64,000 bases of DNA from Candidatus Limnocylindrales bacterium. GTDB lineage: Bacteria; Moduliflexota; Moduliflexia; Moduliflexales; JAUQPW01. The translations under genes and the position numbers were made by a program. Under the pieces are notes generated by a model. It was not told the origin of the DNA and ran no database searches. It saw only the letters and a list, made by a program, of their open reading frames with translations. Where the stretch lies: the NCBI GenBank assembly GCA_035559535.1, contig DATMBG010000008.1:1-64000 (forward strand). The letters run 5' to 3'. Positions 49,152 through 60,310 of the stretch are shown here, piece by piece (the stretch's first letter is position 1; each line of letters starts with the position of its first letter).

Positions 49152-50912
49152 ATGCAGAAACGCACACACTACTGCGGGGAGCTCAATGAAACGCATGCAG
49201 GAAGCCGGGTTTTTGTGTATGGATGGGTTCAAAGACGACGGGACCATGGAGGGCTCATATTTGTCGATCTACGGGATCGAACCGGGATCGTACAGATAGT
49301 CTTCAATCCGGCTTTACATGAAGAAAGCCATGAAACAGCCAGGCAACTCCGGAATGAATATGTGATCGGTGTCGAAGGCCTGGTTGAAAAAAGGCCCGAA
49401 GGGATGGAGAATCCTTTAATTCCGACGGGTCGAATTGAAATCCTGGCCGAAAAGCTGATCATTTTGAACGAAGCTGAAACACCTCCCTTTCCCATTGAAG
49501 AAGGGATCACGGCCAGTGAAGATCTTCGGCTGACTTACCGTTATCTGGATTTGCGAAGACCCCCTTTACGGAACAATTTTATCCTACGCCATAAGGTTTA
49601 TCAAATCGTACGAAATTTTCTATCCGATCGGGGTTTTATAGAGGTTGAGACCCCCTTTTTAACCAAAAGCACGCCGGAAGGAGCCAGGGATTATCTAGTT
49701 CCCAGTCGAATTCAGCCGGGGAAATTCTATGCACTTCCGCAATCTCCTCAATTGTTCAAACAGCTTTTAATGATTGCCGGATTTGACAAATATTTCCAGA
49801 TTGTGAAATGTTTTCGAGATGAAGACCTTCGGGCGGATCGACAACCTGAGTTTACCCAGATAGATATCGAGACGTCTTTTATGGAACGAGAAGAACTCTT
49901 TCGCATCACGGAAGATCTGATGAAAGCCCTTTTCGAGCCGCTCCGAAATATCCAACTGACCACACCCTTTCAGACTATGTCTTATCAGGAAGCCATAGAC
50001 CGATACGGATCGGACAAACCGGATCTGCGGTTTGGAATGGAATTGGTTGATGTTTCGGATATTGCCCAAAGAACGGAGTTTAGAGTTTTCACCGAGGTCC
50101 TGGCAACGGGAGGGCAGGTCAAAGGTTTGAAGGTGAAAGGTCAGGCGGCTTTCTCCCGGAAGGATCTCGATCTGCTTACGGAACTCGTGAAGGGATGTGG
50201 GGCGAAAGGATTGGTGTGGATAAAAATCACCGAGAATGAAGTTCAATCCCCTGCACTCAAGTATTTCTCTGAAGAGGTTATGAACTCCCTCCGGGATCGA
50301 TTTAAAGCGGAACCTCAAGATCTTTTACTTTTAGTAGCCGATAAACCTAAGGTGGTCGCTACGGCTTTGAGCAATTTGAGACTCCATCTGGGTCGAAAGC
50401 TCAATTTGATTGATTCACAGGCTTTCAAATTTCTCTGGGTTACCAACTTTCCTCTCTTTGAGTATAACGAGGAAGAAAGGAGATTTGAAGCCATGCATCA
50501 TCCCTTTACTGCACCCGTAGATGAAGATATACCACTTTTAGAAACCGATCCTGCCAGGGTAAGGGCCAAGGCTTACGATCTGGTTTTAAATGGCCAGGAA
50601 ATCGGAGGTGGGAGTACCCGAATTCATCGAACTGATCTGCAAAAGCGAGTTTTTGAGCTTCTTAATATTAAGGAAGAAGAGGCAATGAAAAAATTCGGCT
50701 TCTTACTCCAGGCCCTTAAATATGGAGCTCCTCCCCATGGGGGGATTGCTCTGGGATTAGACCGGATTGTCATGATCCTTACCGGATCGGAATCGATTCG
50801 AGATGTCATTGCTTTTCCAAAAACTCAAAAAGCCGTCTGTCTCATGACCGATGCACCTTCGTTTGTGGATAAGAAACAGCTCGATGAGTTGAGGATTCAG
50901 GTGAAAATCTAA
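49152..50912 (+). CDS. aspS: Aspartate-tRNA ligase, non-discriminating type
   Basis: RRRDHGG, YRYLDLRR, STPEGARDY, ALPQSPQ, FRDEDLRADRQPEF, GAPPHGG. Confidence 0.97.
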   Translation: MQKRTHYCGELNETHAGSRVFVYGWVQRRRDHGGLIFVDLRDRTGIVQIVFNPALHEESHETARQLRNEYVIGVEGLVEKRPEGMENPLIPTGRIEILAEKLIILNEAETPPFPIEEGITASEDLRLTYRYLDLRRPPLRNNFILRHKVYQIVRNFLSDRGFIEVETPFLTKSTPEGARDYLVPSRIQPGKFYALPQSPQLFKQLLMIAGFDKYFQIVKCFRDEDLRADRQPEFTQIDIETSFMEREELFRITEDLMKALFEPLRNIQLTTPFQTMSYQEAIDRYGSDKPDLRFGMELVDVSDIAQRTEFRVFTEVLATGGQVKGLKVKGQAAFSRKDLDLLTELVKGCGAKGLVWIKITENEVQSPALKYFSEEVMNSLRDRFKAEPQDLLLLVADKPKVVATALSNLRLHLGRKLNLIDSQAFKFLWVTNFPLFEYNEEERRFEAMHHPFTAPVDEDIPLLETDPARVRAKAYDLVLNGQEIGGGSTRIHRTDLQKRVFELLNIKEEEAMKKFGFLLQALKYGAPPHGGIALGLDRIVMILTGSESIRDVIAFPKTQKAVCLMTDAPSFVDKKQLDELRIQVKI

Positions 50913-51089
50913 ACCTGTGAGGAGAACCTGGTGACATTCATCTCCATAAATCCATTGACAAGCAAGCCGGTAATCTACATATTTATGGTAGAGAAAGTTA
51001 TCAACCAAGTCGGTTGGTTAATTGGATAAATCCCCTGAAAAGGGTCCAATTAATTAGTCGATTTTTTAAAGTAGAGGTGATCTCAAACA

Positions 51090-52172
51090 TTGCAAGAACA
51101 AGATAAAAGTGTTAGCCTGAGCTTTAACGACTCTTTGCAGAGCTTATTTGGAAATTACGATGAAAATTTAAAAACTATTGAACGAGCTTTTGATATTTCC
51201 ATCACCCTTCGAGGGGATAAGATTATCCTGAAAGGAGAAGCCGAGGATGTCTCCAAGGTTGAAAAGATCCTCAATCATCTGGCTTCTCTGCTGGCTCATG
51301 GCCGCAAAGTAAGTCGAGAAGATGTTCGTTCTGCGATTCGTATTGTCTCTGAAGATACCGAGGTAAATCTTGAAGAAGTATTTTCGGATTCCATTCAAAT
51401 TCCCTCTCGAAAAGGCTTTGTTACCCCCAAAAGTTTGACCCAAAAAGAATATATCGAAGCCATCCAGCACCATGATATTGTCTTTGGAATCGGGCCCGCC
51501 GGCACCGGAAAAACCTATCTGGCTATGGCAATGGGGATTTATTTTCTCCAGAATAAAACCTTCCATCGGATTGTTCTCACACGACCGGCGGTAGAAGCAG
51601 GTGAAAAGCTTGGATTTCTTCCAGGGGATCTCTACGAGAAAGTGAATCCCTATTTGCGTCCCTTGTACGATGCTCTCCACGAGATGATGGATATAGAAAA
51701 AGCCCAGCGACTTCTCGAACGAGGTACTATTGAAGTGGCTCCACTTGCCTTTATGCGCGGACGCACCCTGAATGATTCTTTCGTCATTTTAGATGAAGCG
51801 CAAAATACTACCTCAGAACAGATGAAGATGTTTCTCACCCGGCTGGGATTTAGCTCCAAGGCGGTTATTACCGGAGACATAACTCAAACCGATCTGCCTG
51901 AAGATAAAGTGTCCGGCTTAAAGGAAGCTCAGATGATTCTGAACAACGTTGAGGGGATTAAGTTTATTCACTTTACAGAAAAAGATGTGGTTCGACATCC
52001 TCTGGTTCAGAAAATTATTACCGCTTATGAAAATTATGAAAAAGTAAGTGGTCCTAAGGCCTCCAAAAGAAACCACCTGATTCGAGTAGGTGATTTCAAT
52101 GGAAATTCTGCTTCGCAATCCGGCGAAGACGAGGAAAGTCAGCCTGCGCCGGTTAAAACAAACTGCCCGTAA
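51090..52172 (+). CDS. phoH: PhoH family ATPase
   Basis: [47 protein letters not shown]. Confidence 0.95.
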   Translation: MQEQDKSVSLSFNDSLQSLFGNYDENLKTIERAFDISITLRGDKIILKGEAEDVSKVEKILNHLASLLAHGRKVSREDVRSAIRIVSEDTEVNLEEVFSDSIQIPSRKGFVTPKSLTQKEYIEAIQHHDIVFGIGPAGTGKTYLAMAMGIYFLQNKTFHRIVLTRPAVEAGEKLGFLPGDLYEKVNPYLRPLYDALHEMMDIEKAQRLLERGTIEVAPLAFMRGRTLNDSFVILDEAQNTTSEQMKMFLTRLGFSSKAVITGDITQTDLPEDKVSGLKEAQMILNNVEGIKFIHFTEKDVVRHPLVQKIITAYENYEKVSGPKASKRNHLIRVGDFNGNSASQSGEDEESQPAPVKTNCP

Positions 52173-52578
52173 AACCCTGGAAGTCCTGGGGGGTTCCGAT
52201 AATTGGGAGTTAAGTATTGTGCTGGTCAAGGATGAGGAAATTCGCCGCCTTAATAAAACCTATCGCCATATCGATGAAAGTACCGATGTCCTCTCCTTCC
52301 CCCTACAAGAAACCTCTTCACCCGGATCTTTCAAAAAAAGCCCCGGGTCTTCTTTGCTTTTCCCCCTGGGAGATGTGGTTATCTCGGTAGATACTGCCGA
52401 TCGTCAGGCCCGGATTCATGGTCATTCCCTGGGGGATGAAATGGATATGCTGTTAGTCCATGGAATTCTTCATCTGATGGGTTATGATCATGAGAAAAAA
52501 GAAGATGCAGAACAGATGATGCAGATGGAGGCCCGGATTTTAAAATCCAAAGAAGGACTTATTAAAAAGGGTTTATAA
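52099..52578 (+). CDS. ybeY: rRNA maturation endoribonuclease YbeY
   Basis: [31 protein letters not shown]. Confidence 0.93.
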   Translation: MEILLRNPAKTRKVSLRRLKQTARKTLEVLGGSDNWELSIVLVKDEEIRRLNKTYRHIDESTDVLSFPLQETSSPGSFKKSPGSSLLFPLGDVVISVDTADRQARIHGHSLGDEMDMLLVHGILHLMGYDHEKKEDAEQMMQMEARILKSKEGLIKKGL

Positions 52579-52613
52579 AAGCTCTTTTCCAGAAATATTG
52601 GTTTAATTTTTAC

Positions 52614-52642
52614 TTGACTGATTGATCCAAACCCTTTATCAT
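52614..52642 (+). promoter_or_regulatory. Sigma70-type promoter
   Basis: TTGACT, 17 bp spacer, TATCAT upstream of the 52719 ORF. Confidence 0.5.
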
Positions 52643-52718
52643 ATCGATAATTTCCTGATTCTTACCTGTGGTCAGGGCCATAAAAGTATGTCTAAAATAA
52701 TTGAGAATCTACAGGCCA

Positions 52719-53597
52719 ATGAACGAATTTATTTTAAACCCCTGGATTTTTATCCTTCTCTTAATGGTTACAGGAATTTTGGTGTTTATCCTGGAACCCT
52801 ATTTGGAATTGGAGGGTAGGCGTATTTTTTCTTTTTTAAAACGGGGTTTGCTGAAGTTTCGCACGTATCTTTATCTGTATTTATATCGTTGGAATCTATT
52901 CGATCCTACCAATCCACGTTTCAGGACCAAACTTACCGAGCTTATCGATGCCTACGCAGATGAACCCATCATCGCCTTTGATACCCTTCTCCTTCCTTCC
53001 CTGCCTAAAAAATATAACGCAACCTGGGTCATCCAAATCCTCAAACAGCTCCCTGAGAAAAAAATGCTCAAACTCATCGAAGAGTGGCATGACCCTACCA
53101 GACCTACGAAACTCATCAAGGCTATCAAATCAGAAGAAGAAAAAATTACCTGGATCGAATTGATCCTTAAAAACCTGAAAACAAAAAATCGAGGGGTGGA
53201 AATCGTCCGGGATGTTTTTAAGGGGATGAGTGAGGGGGAAATCGTTCAGCTTTTAAGAAAGTTTAGCCTGGAATCCTTAAAAGAACTGGGAGAAAAAAGC
53301 GATATTGTCGATTTTGCTTATCTGCTTCTTCTGGTAGAAGCAAATTTAAAGACAAAAGACGTGGGATCCGGAGAAGATCTTTTATTTACTAAAAAAGTTC
53401 TGAATACCATTTCCTGGGAGAAAGCAAGGGAACTTCAAACAACCTGTCGAGCACTCTGGAATAAGTTCCCAAATTTGCGTCAAGGTCTGAGCTCAGAACA
53501 GCGAGAAGCCTTCATGAATCAACTTCGCCTTGCACTGGCCCAAAGAGAAGCTGCCGAATTAATGGTTTCTCCTGAAGAAGAGGAAGAAAATGCCTAA
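52719..53597 (+). CDS. Hypothetical protein with N-terminal TM anchor and helical soluble domain
   Basis: 292-aa ORF, hydrophobic PWIFILLLMVTGILVFIL segment, own promoter-like sequence. Confidence 0.7.
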   Translation: MNEFILNPWIFILLLMVTGILVFILEPYLELEGRRIFSFLKRGLLKFRTYLYLYLYRWNLFDPTNPRFRTKLTELIDAYADEPIIAFDTLLLPSLPKKYNATWVIQILKQLPEKKMLKLIEEWHDPTRPTKLIKAIKSEEEKITWIELILKNLKTKNRGVEIVRDVFKGMSEGEIVQLLRKFSLESLKELGEKSDIVDFAYLLLLVEANLKTKDVGSGEDLLFTKKVLNTISWEKARELQTTCRALWNKFPNLRQGLSSEQREAFMNQLRLALAQREAAELMVSPEEEEENA

Positions 53598-53736
53598 ACC
53601 CTTGCTTAAGGGCATTCTTCCACAGGGCTTTCTTTATAAATTTTTGAAAATTTAGTTGCAGATGGTTTGATCTTTGCATAGATCTTTTAATAACCCTTCA
53701 AGATTAAAAATCTTAAAATAACGACGGAGGTCCTCA

Positions 53737-54288
53737 ATGAGAGGGATTCAAATTCCTATTGAAAATCTATTTGTAAAAACTTCCCGACATCCCCATTTTC
53801 CTTTTACCTTTGAACTGGAAGAAGATGGAATTCAAGGTAAATTGGAGGTGGTGGATTTAGATCGGTTGAGTTGTGCCCTCCACAGGCTTGAAATTAAAAA
53901 GCAAGAAGAAAGTAGGTCAAACGTCTCGTTTGACATTCTGACCCGGGCAAATCGATTGAAAGACCAGGGAGAACAGATCATCCAAAAAGTTACCTACCTG
54001 CTGGAACCTTTATCCCTTATCGAATGGGATAAATATACACCGGTTGTCCAGATCAGGAGTTTTCCACCTCAAGTAAGGGAGGATTTTATAGAGTTTTATG
54101 AACTTCTCTTGCACGGAGAGGAAAACCAGACTTCCTTGACTCTGGTTCGATATCGGAACCAGAAAAACAACCGGTTGAAAGAAACAAGGCCGATGATTTT
54201 AACCAGAGAGGTTCTCGAACGGTTATTAGGAGATCTCTTTGGGGTTATAAAAGGCGGAAAGGCAGAGGTTACAGCTTACTCAAGTTGA
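53737..54288 (+). CDS. Hypothetical protein
   Basis: 183-aa ORF with GGAGG RBS; globular-looking composition (TYLLEPL...QIRSFPP...FYELLL). Confidence 0.75.
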   Translation: MRGIQIPIENLFVKTSRHPHFPFTFELEEDGIQGKLEVVDLDRLSCALHRLEIKKQEESRSNVSFDILTRANRLKDQGEQIIQKVTYLLEPLSLIEWDKYTPVVQIRSFPPQVREDFIEFYELLLHGEENQTSLTLVRYRNQKNNRLKETRPMILTREVLERLLGDLFGVIKGGKAEVTAYSS

Positions 54289-55039
54289 TATTTTTGAGGA
54301 GTTCAGAAACAAACCGGCTGGATTGATCCAGGGCAAATTCAAAATCTTTTCTGGCCTTAAGACCGGGTCTTATTTTTTTCAGACAGGTCCTGTTTAAATC
54401 TATATTCGCCGTATCGGAAATAGCCCGAATGGCCAGGAACGGAACCTGATTCAGATAAGCTACGTGGGCTATGGCAGCGCTTTCCATGTCTGTGGCGAGG
54501 GCCTGATAGCGTAAAGCCAGGTCTTTTCTCTTTTCTTCTGTACAAATGACCTGATCCCCGGAGACTATAACTCCTGTATGGATTTTCCTGTTACCAAAAA
54601 CCTCCCACCGACCGATCTCCTGGGCAGTTTTTAAAAGGTCTGGATGGGAAAGAAACCAGGGGATTTTTTCTTTTTTTTTACCTCGATAGATAAATATCTT
54701 TTCAGAAACAAAGTGCCCGGCTGTATACCAGCCAAAATCGTGCTGAATGAGTCGCTCTCCCAGTACGATATCTCCGATATCACACTCAGGACTGAGGGCA
54801 CCGGCTGCACCAAAACAAAGGAGGGCTTTAGGTTTATAATTCTGGATCATCACCTGCGCTGCAACAGCCGCATTAACTTTGCCGACTCCGGATCTGGCCA
54901 GAATAATGTCCTTATCCCGATAAAAGCCCCGATAAAAAAGAATCGAGCTCTGTTGAAAACTCTCGTTGAGGGAAAGGATCTTTCTCACACGATGAATCTC
55001 CGCAGACATGGCTGCAATGAGACCAATGCAGGCATTCAT
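54269..55039 (-). CDS. mtnN: 5'-methylthioadenosine/S-adenosylhomocysteine nucleosidase
   Basis: IGLIAAM..E, SGVGKVNAA, G.AGAL, SGDQ, DMESAAIAHVA, IRAISDTA. Confidence 0.88.
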   Translation of the reverse strand: MNACIGLIAAMSAEIHRVRKILSLNESFQQSSILFYRGFYRDKDIILARSGVGKVNAAVAAQVMIQNYKPKALLCFGAAGALSPECDIGDIVLGERLIQHDFGWYTAGHFVSEKIFIYRGKKKEKIPWFLSHPDLLKTAQEIGRWEVFGNRKIHTGVIVSGDQVICTEEKRKDLALRYQALATDMESAAIAHVAYLNQVPFLAIRAISDTANIDLNRTCLKKIRPGLKARKDFEFALDQSSRFVSELLKNINLSKL

Positions 55040-55041
55040 GG

Positions 55042-55485
55042 TTAAGAGCGACTATCCAGGATAAACGTTACCGGTCCATCGTTAAAGATCTGAACGGTCA
55101 TATGAGCCTGAAAAATTCCTGTTGCAACCGGAAGACCGCCTGTCTTTAACTCTTCAATGAAAAATTCATAGAGGTACCGGGCTAACTCCGGCCCGGCGGC
55201 TTTTGTAAAACTCGGTCGCCTTCCTTTCCGGCAATCCCCCAAGAGGGTAAACTGAGAAACTACCAAAAGGCTTCCGTGAACATCTAAAACAGACAGGTTC
55301 ATTTTCCCGGCCTCATCTTCAAAGATCCGCAAGTGGAGGATTTTCTCCGCCAGATAGGTAGCATCCTTCTCCGAATCCTCCTGTTCAACCCCTACCAGGA
55401 CGACGAGTCCCTTTCCGATTTCACTGATTATTTTCCCCTCAACCCTTACAGCAGCCTGGGAAACACGCTGAAGAACTGTCTTCAA
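55042..55485 (-). CDS. dtd: D-aminoacyl-tRNA deacylase
   Basis: QRVSQA, LRIFED..GKMN.S, VSQFTL, GRRPSF, NDGPVT. Confidence 0.95.
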   Translation of the reverse strand: MKTVLQRVSQAAVRVEGKIISEIGKGLVVLVGVEQEDSEKDATYLAEKILHLRIFEDEAGKMNLSVLDVHGSLLVVSQFTLLGDCRKGRRPSFTKAAGPELARYLYEFFIEELKTGGLPVATGIFQAHMTVQIFNDGPVTFILDSRS

Positions 55486-55494
55486 AATTCACTC

Positions 55495-55630
55495 TGGAAG
55501 TATGGGGGTGTGGGAGTGTGGAAGTGTGGAATATGTTCTCCTATATTCCTATATTTATATTCTCATACTTCCATACTTCCATACTCCCATACCCCCATAC
55601 TCCCATACTCCCACACCCCTACTTCCACAT
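55495..55630. repeat. Octamer-repeat hairpin between accC and dtd
   Basis: GGAAGTAT GGGGGTGT GGGAGTGT GGAAGTGT ... eight (A)TACTTCC/(A)TACTCCC-type units. Confidence 0.85.
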
Positions 55631-55636
55631 TCTTCA

Positions 55637-56980
55637 TTAAGATTTACCTAACAACTCACTTAAAAACTCGATATGATATCTTCCTTGACGGAAGGAAGGA
55701 TCCCGCAGGAGTTTTTTGTGGAGAGGGATAGTCGTTTTGATACCCTCTACGATGAATTCATCTAAAGCCCGTTCCATTCGGGCAATGGCCTCTGCCCGAT
55801 CCCGGGCATGGACGATCAGCTTGGCAATCAGAGAATCATAAAAAGGAGTTACCTGATATTCACTATAAGCAGCCGTATCCACACGAATGCCAGGGCCTCC
55901 TGGAAGATTAAAAGCGGTGATCTTACCGGGATTTGGAGTAAAGTTCTGGGGATCCTCCGCATTGATGCGGCATTCGATGCTATGACCGGTCAGTCGGATA
56001 TCTTTGGATCGATATTTAAGTTCCTGTCCTGCGGCAATCCGGATCTGTTCTTTAATAAGGTCTATCCCGGTAACCATCTCGGTAACTGGATGTTCTACCT
56101 GGATACGGGTATTCATCTCGATGAAGTAAAAATTTCCCTCCTGATCCATGAGGAACTCTACCGTTCCAACGCTACTGTATTTGATTTCCCGCATGGCGGC
56201 GACCACCAGATTTCCCATTTTTTCCCGAACTTTTTCGGTTACGGCCGGAGAGGGAGATTCCTCTAAAAGCTTTTGATGACGTCTCTGGATGGAGCATTCC
56301 CGTTCTCCCAGATGGTAGACATTTCCCTTTTGATCTCCAATAACTTGAAACTCAATATGACGCGGTTTCTCAAGAAACTTCTCTACGTAGATATCCGGAC
56401 TTCCAAAGGAAGAGATGGATTCCGAGCGGGCCATCATGAAGGAGTTGGCCAGGGCCTCTTCCGAAAACACAACCCGCATCCCACGTCCTCCTCCTCCTGC
56501 CGAAGCCTTGAGGATAATGGGGAACCCGATGGATTTAGCCACATCCAGGGCTTCTTTGAGGTCTTTAACCGAATCGCTACTGCCGGGTAAGATAGGAAGT
56601 CCGGCCCGTTTAGCAATTTGCCTGGCAGAGACCTTATCGCCCATTAATCGTATAATTTCCGGTGGAGGACCAATAAAGGTAATATTACACTCCTGGCACA
56701 TTTCGGCAAACCGTGCATTCTCTGCTAAAAAACCGTATCCAGGATGAACGGCCTCGGCATCTGTAATTTCACAGGCACTGATAATGTTTGTTTCATTCAA
56801 ATAGCTTTTTCTATTCTCCGGTGGCCCTATACAAACACTCTCGTCTGCAAATCTTACATGAAGAGATTCGGCATCTGCCTTTGAATAAACCGCAACGGTC
56901 TTAATGCCCAGTTCCTTGCAAGCCCGAATAATTCTAAGGGCAATTTCACCCCGGTTGGCTATGAGAATCTTCTTAAACAT
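55637..56980 (-). CDS. accC: Acetyl-CoA carboxylase biotin carboxylase subunit
   Basis: [62 protein letters not shown]. Confidence 0.95.
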   Translation of the reverse strand: MFKKILIANRGEIALRIIRACKELGIKTVAVYSKADAESLHVRFADESVCIGPPENRKSYLNETNIISACEITDAEAVHPGYGFLAENARFAEMCQECNITFIGPPPEIIRLMGDKVSARQIAKRAGLPILPGSSDSVKDLKEALDVAKSIGFPIILKASAGGGGRGMRVVFSEEALANSFMMARSESISSFGSPDIYVEKFLEKPRHIEFQVIGDQKGNVYHLGERECSIQRRHQKLLEESPSPAVTEKVREKMGNLVVAAMREIKYSSVGTVEFLMDQEGNFYFIEMNTRIQVEHPVTEMVTGIDLIKEQIRIAAGQELKYRSKDIRLTGHSIECRINAEDPQNFTPNPGKITAFNLPGGPGIRVDTAAYSEYQVTPFYDSLIAKLIVHARDRAEAIARMERALDEFIVEGIKTTIPLHKKLLRDPSFRQGRYHIEFLSELLGKS

Positions 56981-57227
56981 GCTGACCTGTCCCTCCGGCC
57001 ATAAAAGGAAAGATGCTTAACTCATCTCCTTCAGATAGACGCTGATCTAAAGAAGCATTGTTTCCATTTATCAGGACAATCTGTAAGAATTGTTCAGGTA
57101 CCCTTAAGCTCAAGGCAACCTCGCGAACGGTAATTCCCTCGGGGACTTCCAAAACCGCTTTCTTGCCATCACTGCCTGGTGGTAGATATTTTCTCAGATT
57201 CGCAAATAGCCTGACAGTAACCTCCAT
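56973..57227 (-). CDS. MoaD/ThiS-family ubiquitin-like protein with GG followed by a 5-aa tail
   Basis: [10 protein letters not shown]...TVREV...LINGN...[21 protein letters not shown]. Confidence 0.85.
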   Translation of the reverse strand: MEVTVRLFANLRKYLPPGSDGKKAVLEVPEGITVREVALSLRVPEQFLQIVLINGNNASLDQRLSEGDELSIFPFMAGGTGQHV

Positions 57228-57250
57228 ACCTCCCACTCCCCCACCCCCTA

Positions 57251-58696
57251 TCAGGTAGAAAGCTTTTCCTTCAACAACTTATTCACGAGCTGGGGATTGG
57301 CCTTTCCCTGGGTTGCCTTCATAACTTCGCCTACAAAGAAGCCGAATGCTTTCTGCTTACCCGCTTTGTATTGGGCTACGGTTTCAGGGTTTGCAGCAAT
57401 AATTCGGTCCACAACCGCTGCCACCTCTTTTTCATCCGAGATCTGAATCAATCCCTTTTCCTTTACGATTTCTTCCGGCATCTTTCCGGTAGCATACATG
57501 TCCTCAAAGACGACCTTAGCGATTTTACCGCTGATAGTACCTTCTTCGATTAACTTTAGCATTCCGGCAAGGTGTTGGGGGGTTATGGGACAGGTTCGGA
57601 TATCTGCTTGTTCATGCTCTTTAAGCTTTCGAAGGATATCTCCCATAACCCAGTTACTCACCACTTTGGGATTCGGATAAAGCTTAACCGTATTTTCGTA
57701 ATAATCTGCAACAAATTTAGAAGCAGTTAAAACCCGGGCATCATACTCTGGAATTCCGTACTGGGATATAAATCGAGCAGTTCTTGCATCAGCCAGTTCC
57801 GGTAAACTTTTCCGTATCTGTTCAATCCATTCTTTATCGATAACCAGGGGTACCAGATCCGGTTCTGGAAAATAGCGATAGTCATGGGCTTCTTCCTTAC
57901 TTCGCATAGGGCGTGTAACCCCTTGATCTACATCCCAAAGGCGGGTTTCCTGAACGATTCGTCCCCCTTCTTCTAAAATCTGAATCTGACGGGCAATTTC
58001 GTATTCCAGAGCTTTCTGGACATTTTTAAAGGAGTTCATATTCTTAACTTCTGTTTTGGTACCCAATTTCGTACTTCCTTTAGGTCGTACCGAGATGTTG
58101 GCATCACATCGTAAACTCCCTTCTTCCATATTACAATCTGAGACTTCCAGATACTCCAGAATTCCCTTTAACTTAAGTAGATATTCCCTGGCTTCTTCAG
58201 GCGAGCGCATATCCGGCTCACTCACAATTTCCAGAAGGGGAACGCCACAGCGATTAAAATCTATAAAACTATAATTTTTAGATCCTGTAATATTCTCATC
58301 GTGGATAGACTTCCCCGCATCCTCTTCCATATGGATCCGGGTTACCCCTATTTTTTTAGAAATACCATCCACCTGAATTTCAATCCATCCATGCTGGGCC
58401 AGAGGAAGTTCATATTGAGAGATTTGATATGCTTTAGGTAGATCCGGGTAGAAATAATTTTTACGGGCAAAAAGGCTATAGTCCGCGATGGTACAGTTCA
58501 TGGCCAGGGCCGTCCGAATTCCAAATTCTACCACCTGTTTGTTCAGTACAGGTAGAACTCCCGGCATTCCCTGACAAATAGGACAGGTATTATGATTGGG
58601 CTTTGCACCAAACTCGGTACTACAGGAACAAAAAATTTTGGACCGGGTCTTTAATTGCGTATGCACTTCCAGCCCGATAACAGCTTCGTATTCCAT
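57251..58696 (-). CDS. gatB: Asp/Glu-tRNA amidotransferase subunit B
   Basis: [49 protein letters not shown]. Canonical start 58696; the frame is open upstream to 58834. Confidence 0.97.
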   Translation of the reverse strand: MEYEAVIGLEVHTQLKTRSKIFCSCSTEFGAKPNHNTCPICQGMPGVLPVLNKQVVEFGIRTALAMNCTIADYSLFARKNYFYPDLPKAYQISQYELPLAQHGWIEIQVDGISKKIGVTRIHMEEDAGKSIHDENITGSKNYSFIDFNRCGVPLLEIVSEPDMRSPEEAREYLLKLKGILEYLEVSDCNMEEGSLRCDANISVRPKGSTKLGTKTEVKNMNSFKNVQKALEYEIARQIQILEEGGRIVQETRLWDVDQGVTRPMRSKEEAHDYRYFPEPDLVPLVIDKEWIEQIRKSLPELADARTARFISQYGIPEYDARVLTASKFVADYYENTVKLYPNPKVVSNWVMGDILRKLKEHEQADIRTCPITPQHLAGMLKLIEEGTISGKIAKVVFEDMYATGKMPEEIVKEKGLIQISDEKEVAAVVDRIIAANPETVAQYKAGKQKAFGFFVGEVMKATQGKANPQLVNKLLKEKLST

Positions 58697-58704
58697 TTTA
58701 AGTG

Positions 58705-58834
58705 ATGGAGGAGTGTGGAAGTATGGGAGTATGGAAGTATGGGGGTATGGAGGTACGGAAGTATAAGATTTCTCCCACACCGCCATACCCCCACACTCCC
58801 ATACCTCCACACTTCCATACTCCCATACCTCCAT
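58705..58834. repeat. Octamer-repeat hairpin between gatA and gatB
   Basis: About seven GT(A/G)TGG(A/G)(A/G) units followed by about eight complementary units. Confidence 0.85.
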
Positions 58835-58846
58835 GCCCCCCCCACC

Positions 58847-60310
58847 TTATAAAGGCGGCTTCTTCTTATGATGTTCCGTATTCTGCTCAAAGGCATAAGC
58901 TACTTTTAAGATCGTTTCTTCTCCAAAGTGCTTTCCGATGATCTGTAGTCCGATGGGTAGACCGTCTTTTGTGAATCCACAAGGGATAGATAGGGCCGTT
59001 ACGCCCGCCAGGTTAATGGGAATGGTGAAGATATCCGACAGGTACATTTGCAAAGGATCTTCGGTTTTCTCTCCGATTTTAAATGCCGGGGTGGGAGAGA
59101 CAGGAGCTACCAGAACATCATATTTTTTAAAGGCTTCTTCAAAATCTCGCTTAATCAACGTTCTTACTTTTTGGGCCTTTAAGTAGTAAGCATCATAGTA
59201 TCCCGAGCTCAGGGAGTAAGTACCCAGCATGATGCGGCGTTTTACTTCCGGAGAGAATCCTTGAGAACGCGTGGTCATATACATATCCATCAGATCGGTA
59301 TACGTATCGGCCCGGTAACCGTATTTAACCCCATCATATCGGGCTAGATTGGAGCTGGCTTCGGCAGGGGCTATGATATAATAAGCGGCCACGGCGTATT
59401 CGGTATGGGGTAGGGAAACTTTTTCATAAGAAGCTCCCAGCTTCTCCAGGACCCTGACCGCCTCCCAGATTTTTTCCTCTACTTCTTCATCCATTCCGGC
59501 AATAAAATATTCTTCCGGGATACCTATCTTTAAGCCGGTAATATCGGGAACCAGAGCCCGGGTATAGTCCGGTGTGGGTAAATTAACCGACGTGGAATCC
59601 TTAGGATCGTACCCTGATAGGGCATTCAGCAGAATAGCACAGTCGGTTACGTCTTTAGCAATGGGACCGATTTGATCCAGAGAAGAGGCGTAAGCGATTA
59701 ATCCGTATCTCGAAACCCGACCGTAGGTCGGTTTAAGACCGGTTGTGCTACAAAATGAAGAGGGTTGGCGGATAGAACCCCCGGTATCTGTTCCTAGAGC
59801 TCCGATAGCTTCCCCGGCTATGACGGCTGCTGCCGACCCCCCACTCGAACCTCCCGGGACTCGACTCAAGTCCCAGGGATTTCGGGTAATTCCGTAGTAG
59901 GAATTCTCCGTCGAAGAGCCCATCCCGAATTGATCCAGATTCGTTTTTCCAATCATAACGATGTTCTGTTGCTTCAGCCGGGCTATAACCGTTGCATCAT
60001 AGGGGGGAATAAAATTATGTAAAATCTTGGCTGCACAGGTCGTTAAAACCCCCCTGGTGCAAATTAAATCTTTAATCGCTATAGGAATCCCGGTAAGAGG
60101 AGTTAAGGGAATTTCTCCCCTTTGAAGTTTTTGATCAATGATGCTGGCCTGTTCCAGGGCTTCTTCTCTTAAAACAGTGATATAGGCTCTGATTCGATTC
60201 TCCACCTGATCAATCCGAGAAAGAACCGATTCGGTAATTTGTCTGGAGGTGATTTCCCTCCGCTTCATCATTTCATGAAGCTCATGGATAGTATAATCGC
60301 AAAGTTCCAT
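58847..60310 (-). CDS. gatA: Asp/Glu-tRNA amidotransferase subunit A
   Basis: Amidase signature [37 protein letters not shown]. Confidence 0.97.
   Translation of the reverse strand: MELCDYTIHELHEMMKRREITSRQITESVLSRIDQVENRIRAYITVLREEALEQASIIDQKLQRGEIPLTPLTGIPIAIKDLICTRGVLTTCAAKILHNFIPPYDATVIARLKQQNIVMIGKTNLDQFGMGSSTENSYYGITRNPWDLSRVPGGSSGGSAAAVIAGEAIGALGTDTGGSIRQPSSFCSTTGLKPTYGRVSRYGLIAYASSLDQIGPIAKDVTDCAILLNALSGYDPKDSTSVNLPTPDYTRALVPDITGLKIGIPEEYFIAGMDEEVEEKIWEAVRVLEKLGASYEKVSLPHTEYAVAAYYIIAPAEASSNLARYDGVKYGYRADTYTDLMDMYMTTRSQGFSPEVKRRIMLGTYSLSSGYYDAYYLKAQKVRTLIKRDFEEAFKKYDVLVAPVSPTPAFKIGEKTEDPLQMYLSDIFTIPINLAGVTALSIPCGFTKDGLPIGLQIIGKHFGEETILKVAYAFEQNTEHHKKKPPL

Noticed and set aside
38344-58834. 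Octamer arrays as CRISPR repeats
   Set aside because: The units are 8 nt, contiguous and inverted, with no unique spacers and no cas genes.
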